From positions 17,856,001 to 17,920,000 of the forward strand of contig JBHGNT010000017.1 of NCBI GenBank assembly GCA_043228905.1: a stretch of DNA of 64,000 bases. The letters run 5' to 3'. Origin of the DNA: Azolla caroliniana (Eukaryota; Plantae; Polypodiophyta). Below are positions 63,101 to 64,000 of the stretch, in pieces (the first letter of the stretch is position 1; each line of letters starts with the position of its first letter). Under the pieces are notes generated by a model. That model had not been told where the DNA came from and made no database searches. It worked only from the letters and a program-made list of their open reading frames with translations. A program made the position numbers and the translations under genes.

Positions 63101-63727
63101 ATCCTTGATTTCAAATGTTATGGGTGTCATTGGCTTACATCTTGTAGTTAGCTTTAGTAGACTAGTTCCTTCACCCGAGGAAATTATACGGTTCATTGTA
63201 TTGTACACTATTTTTCTACTAACACCAATTACCTTAGATAGCTCACTGATGTTTATATCGTCAACATCACTATTAAGTAACATCATTAGACTAGACCTTT
63301 TTAAGACAAGATCATCTTCTGACCTGCTCATGGATACGAAACTATTACGAAGATTATTTACTAAAATAGATGATATGTTTGCATTAAGACCATCACAATC
63401 AACTAAGTCCTTTATCGATGGATCATTACATATTCCATAAAGTACTACCTTCTTTTCTTCATTGCTGATGTGCTTGGTTTGAACATTGAAATAGTCTACA
63501 ACCTTTCTCTCTATAATGATAGTCGCATTACTTACATTCTCAGCTAAACTATCCTTACCTTTACTGAGTGTGGCTTTCGTATCTTTCAACAATTGACGAT
63601 GTTCCCTTTTTTTTTCTGCCCAATAGTTTTGTATGGCTTGTTGTGTCCTGATAGCATCATCCCTATCCTTATGATCATTGAGGGGTAATTCTAAACACCC
63701 TTCTTCCCCTTCCATTTGGCTGGACAT
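60179..63727 (-). pseudogene. Sola2-like DDD transposase (~868 aa); exons 63727-62978 and 62035-60179; one premature TAG at 61196-61198
   Basis: VVDFAENY..EIQSMHW..QVT, FISDDKKHD, WVWSDVAASQFK, WNFFGSGHGKGEHDGAG and Cys clusters. The intron is phase 0 GT-AG. ORFs 61196-62008 and 60179-61174 are in the same frame. Confidence 0.8.
62070..62910. repeat. Second TAGCTAATTAGCTA array (20-bp periodicity), filling the transposase intron
   Basis: tagtagctaattagctat.. units every 20 bp, plus a ~190-bp internal duplication (~62535-62690 / ~62730-62875). Confidence 0.92.
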
Positions 63728-64000
63728 GTTAAAACCCTAAATTTCCAGGAAAAAAAACAAGTATTTAAGATGGCTATGGGCAACAACAATACACAAAAAT
63801 ATTCCACAATACACAAGATTAGACACAACAATACACAAAATAATCAATAGACAAAAACGCTATTGCAATCCAAGACCGAACAGTAGAGGAGTTCACTCCG
63901 TTGGATCGAACAGTTGAGGAGGCGATCCAAGACCGACCAATGGCAACAACTGAGTGTAGAATGTTGTCGTTGGATGAGTGAACTCCGTCAAATCGAAATG

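Larger units (their letters stand above)
53613..64000. mobile_element. Sola2-like DNA transposon with convergent cargo gene and transposase; continues off the right edge
   Basis: Gypsy gag homology ends at 53612 and the new sequence starts GGGTAAAAGC (GRG terminus). The TAGCTAATTAGC signature recurs from 53645 to 62910. The transposase has a DDD triad. Confidence 0.7.

Overview
Land-plant nuclear DNA: spliceosomal GT-AG introns, a tRNA-iMet PBS and dense LTR retroelements. The gene and TE styles suggest a fern or other non-seed vascular plant, but that is inference. The first 17 kb hold the 5' part of a Copia element and two intact host genes: an 8-exon F-box/CW-zinc-finger/SNF2-helicase gene (At3g54460-like, 4510-10137) and an 11-exon PAB gene (chloroplast ATPase biogenesis, 12941-17268). 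From about 18.9 kb to the window end is a stack of nested transposons. Target-site duplications (TSDs) resolve several of them: three complete Copia elements (TSDs CCCTT, GTACT, TTTAC), a tRNA-Trp-primed Gypsy-like element and solo LTRs. Most interesting are two Sola-like DDD DNA transposons carrying spliced cargo genes. The first (23.1-29.9 kb) pairs a transposase that has a BAH-like tail with a divergent gene encoding a ParB-like domain fused to a bacterial/phage-type beta-class N6-adenine/N4-cytosine DNA methyltransferase (DIPY...NPYQKP...VLNLFSGT). The second (53.6 kb to the end) carries a RING-H2 + NIF/FCP1-like cargo gene, and its introns are filled with a 14-bp palindrome, TAGCTAATTAGCTA. 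Both copies are pseudogenised. All family assignments come from manual motif recognition, not database searches.
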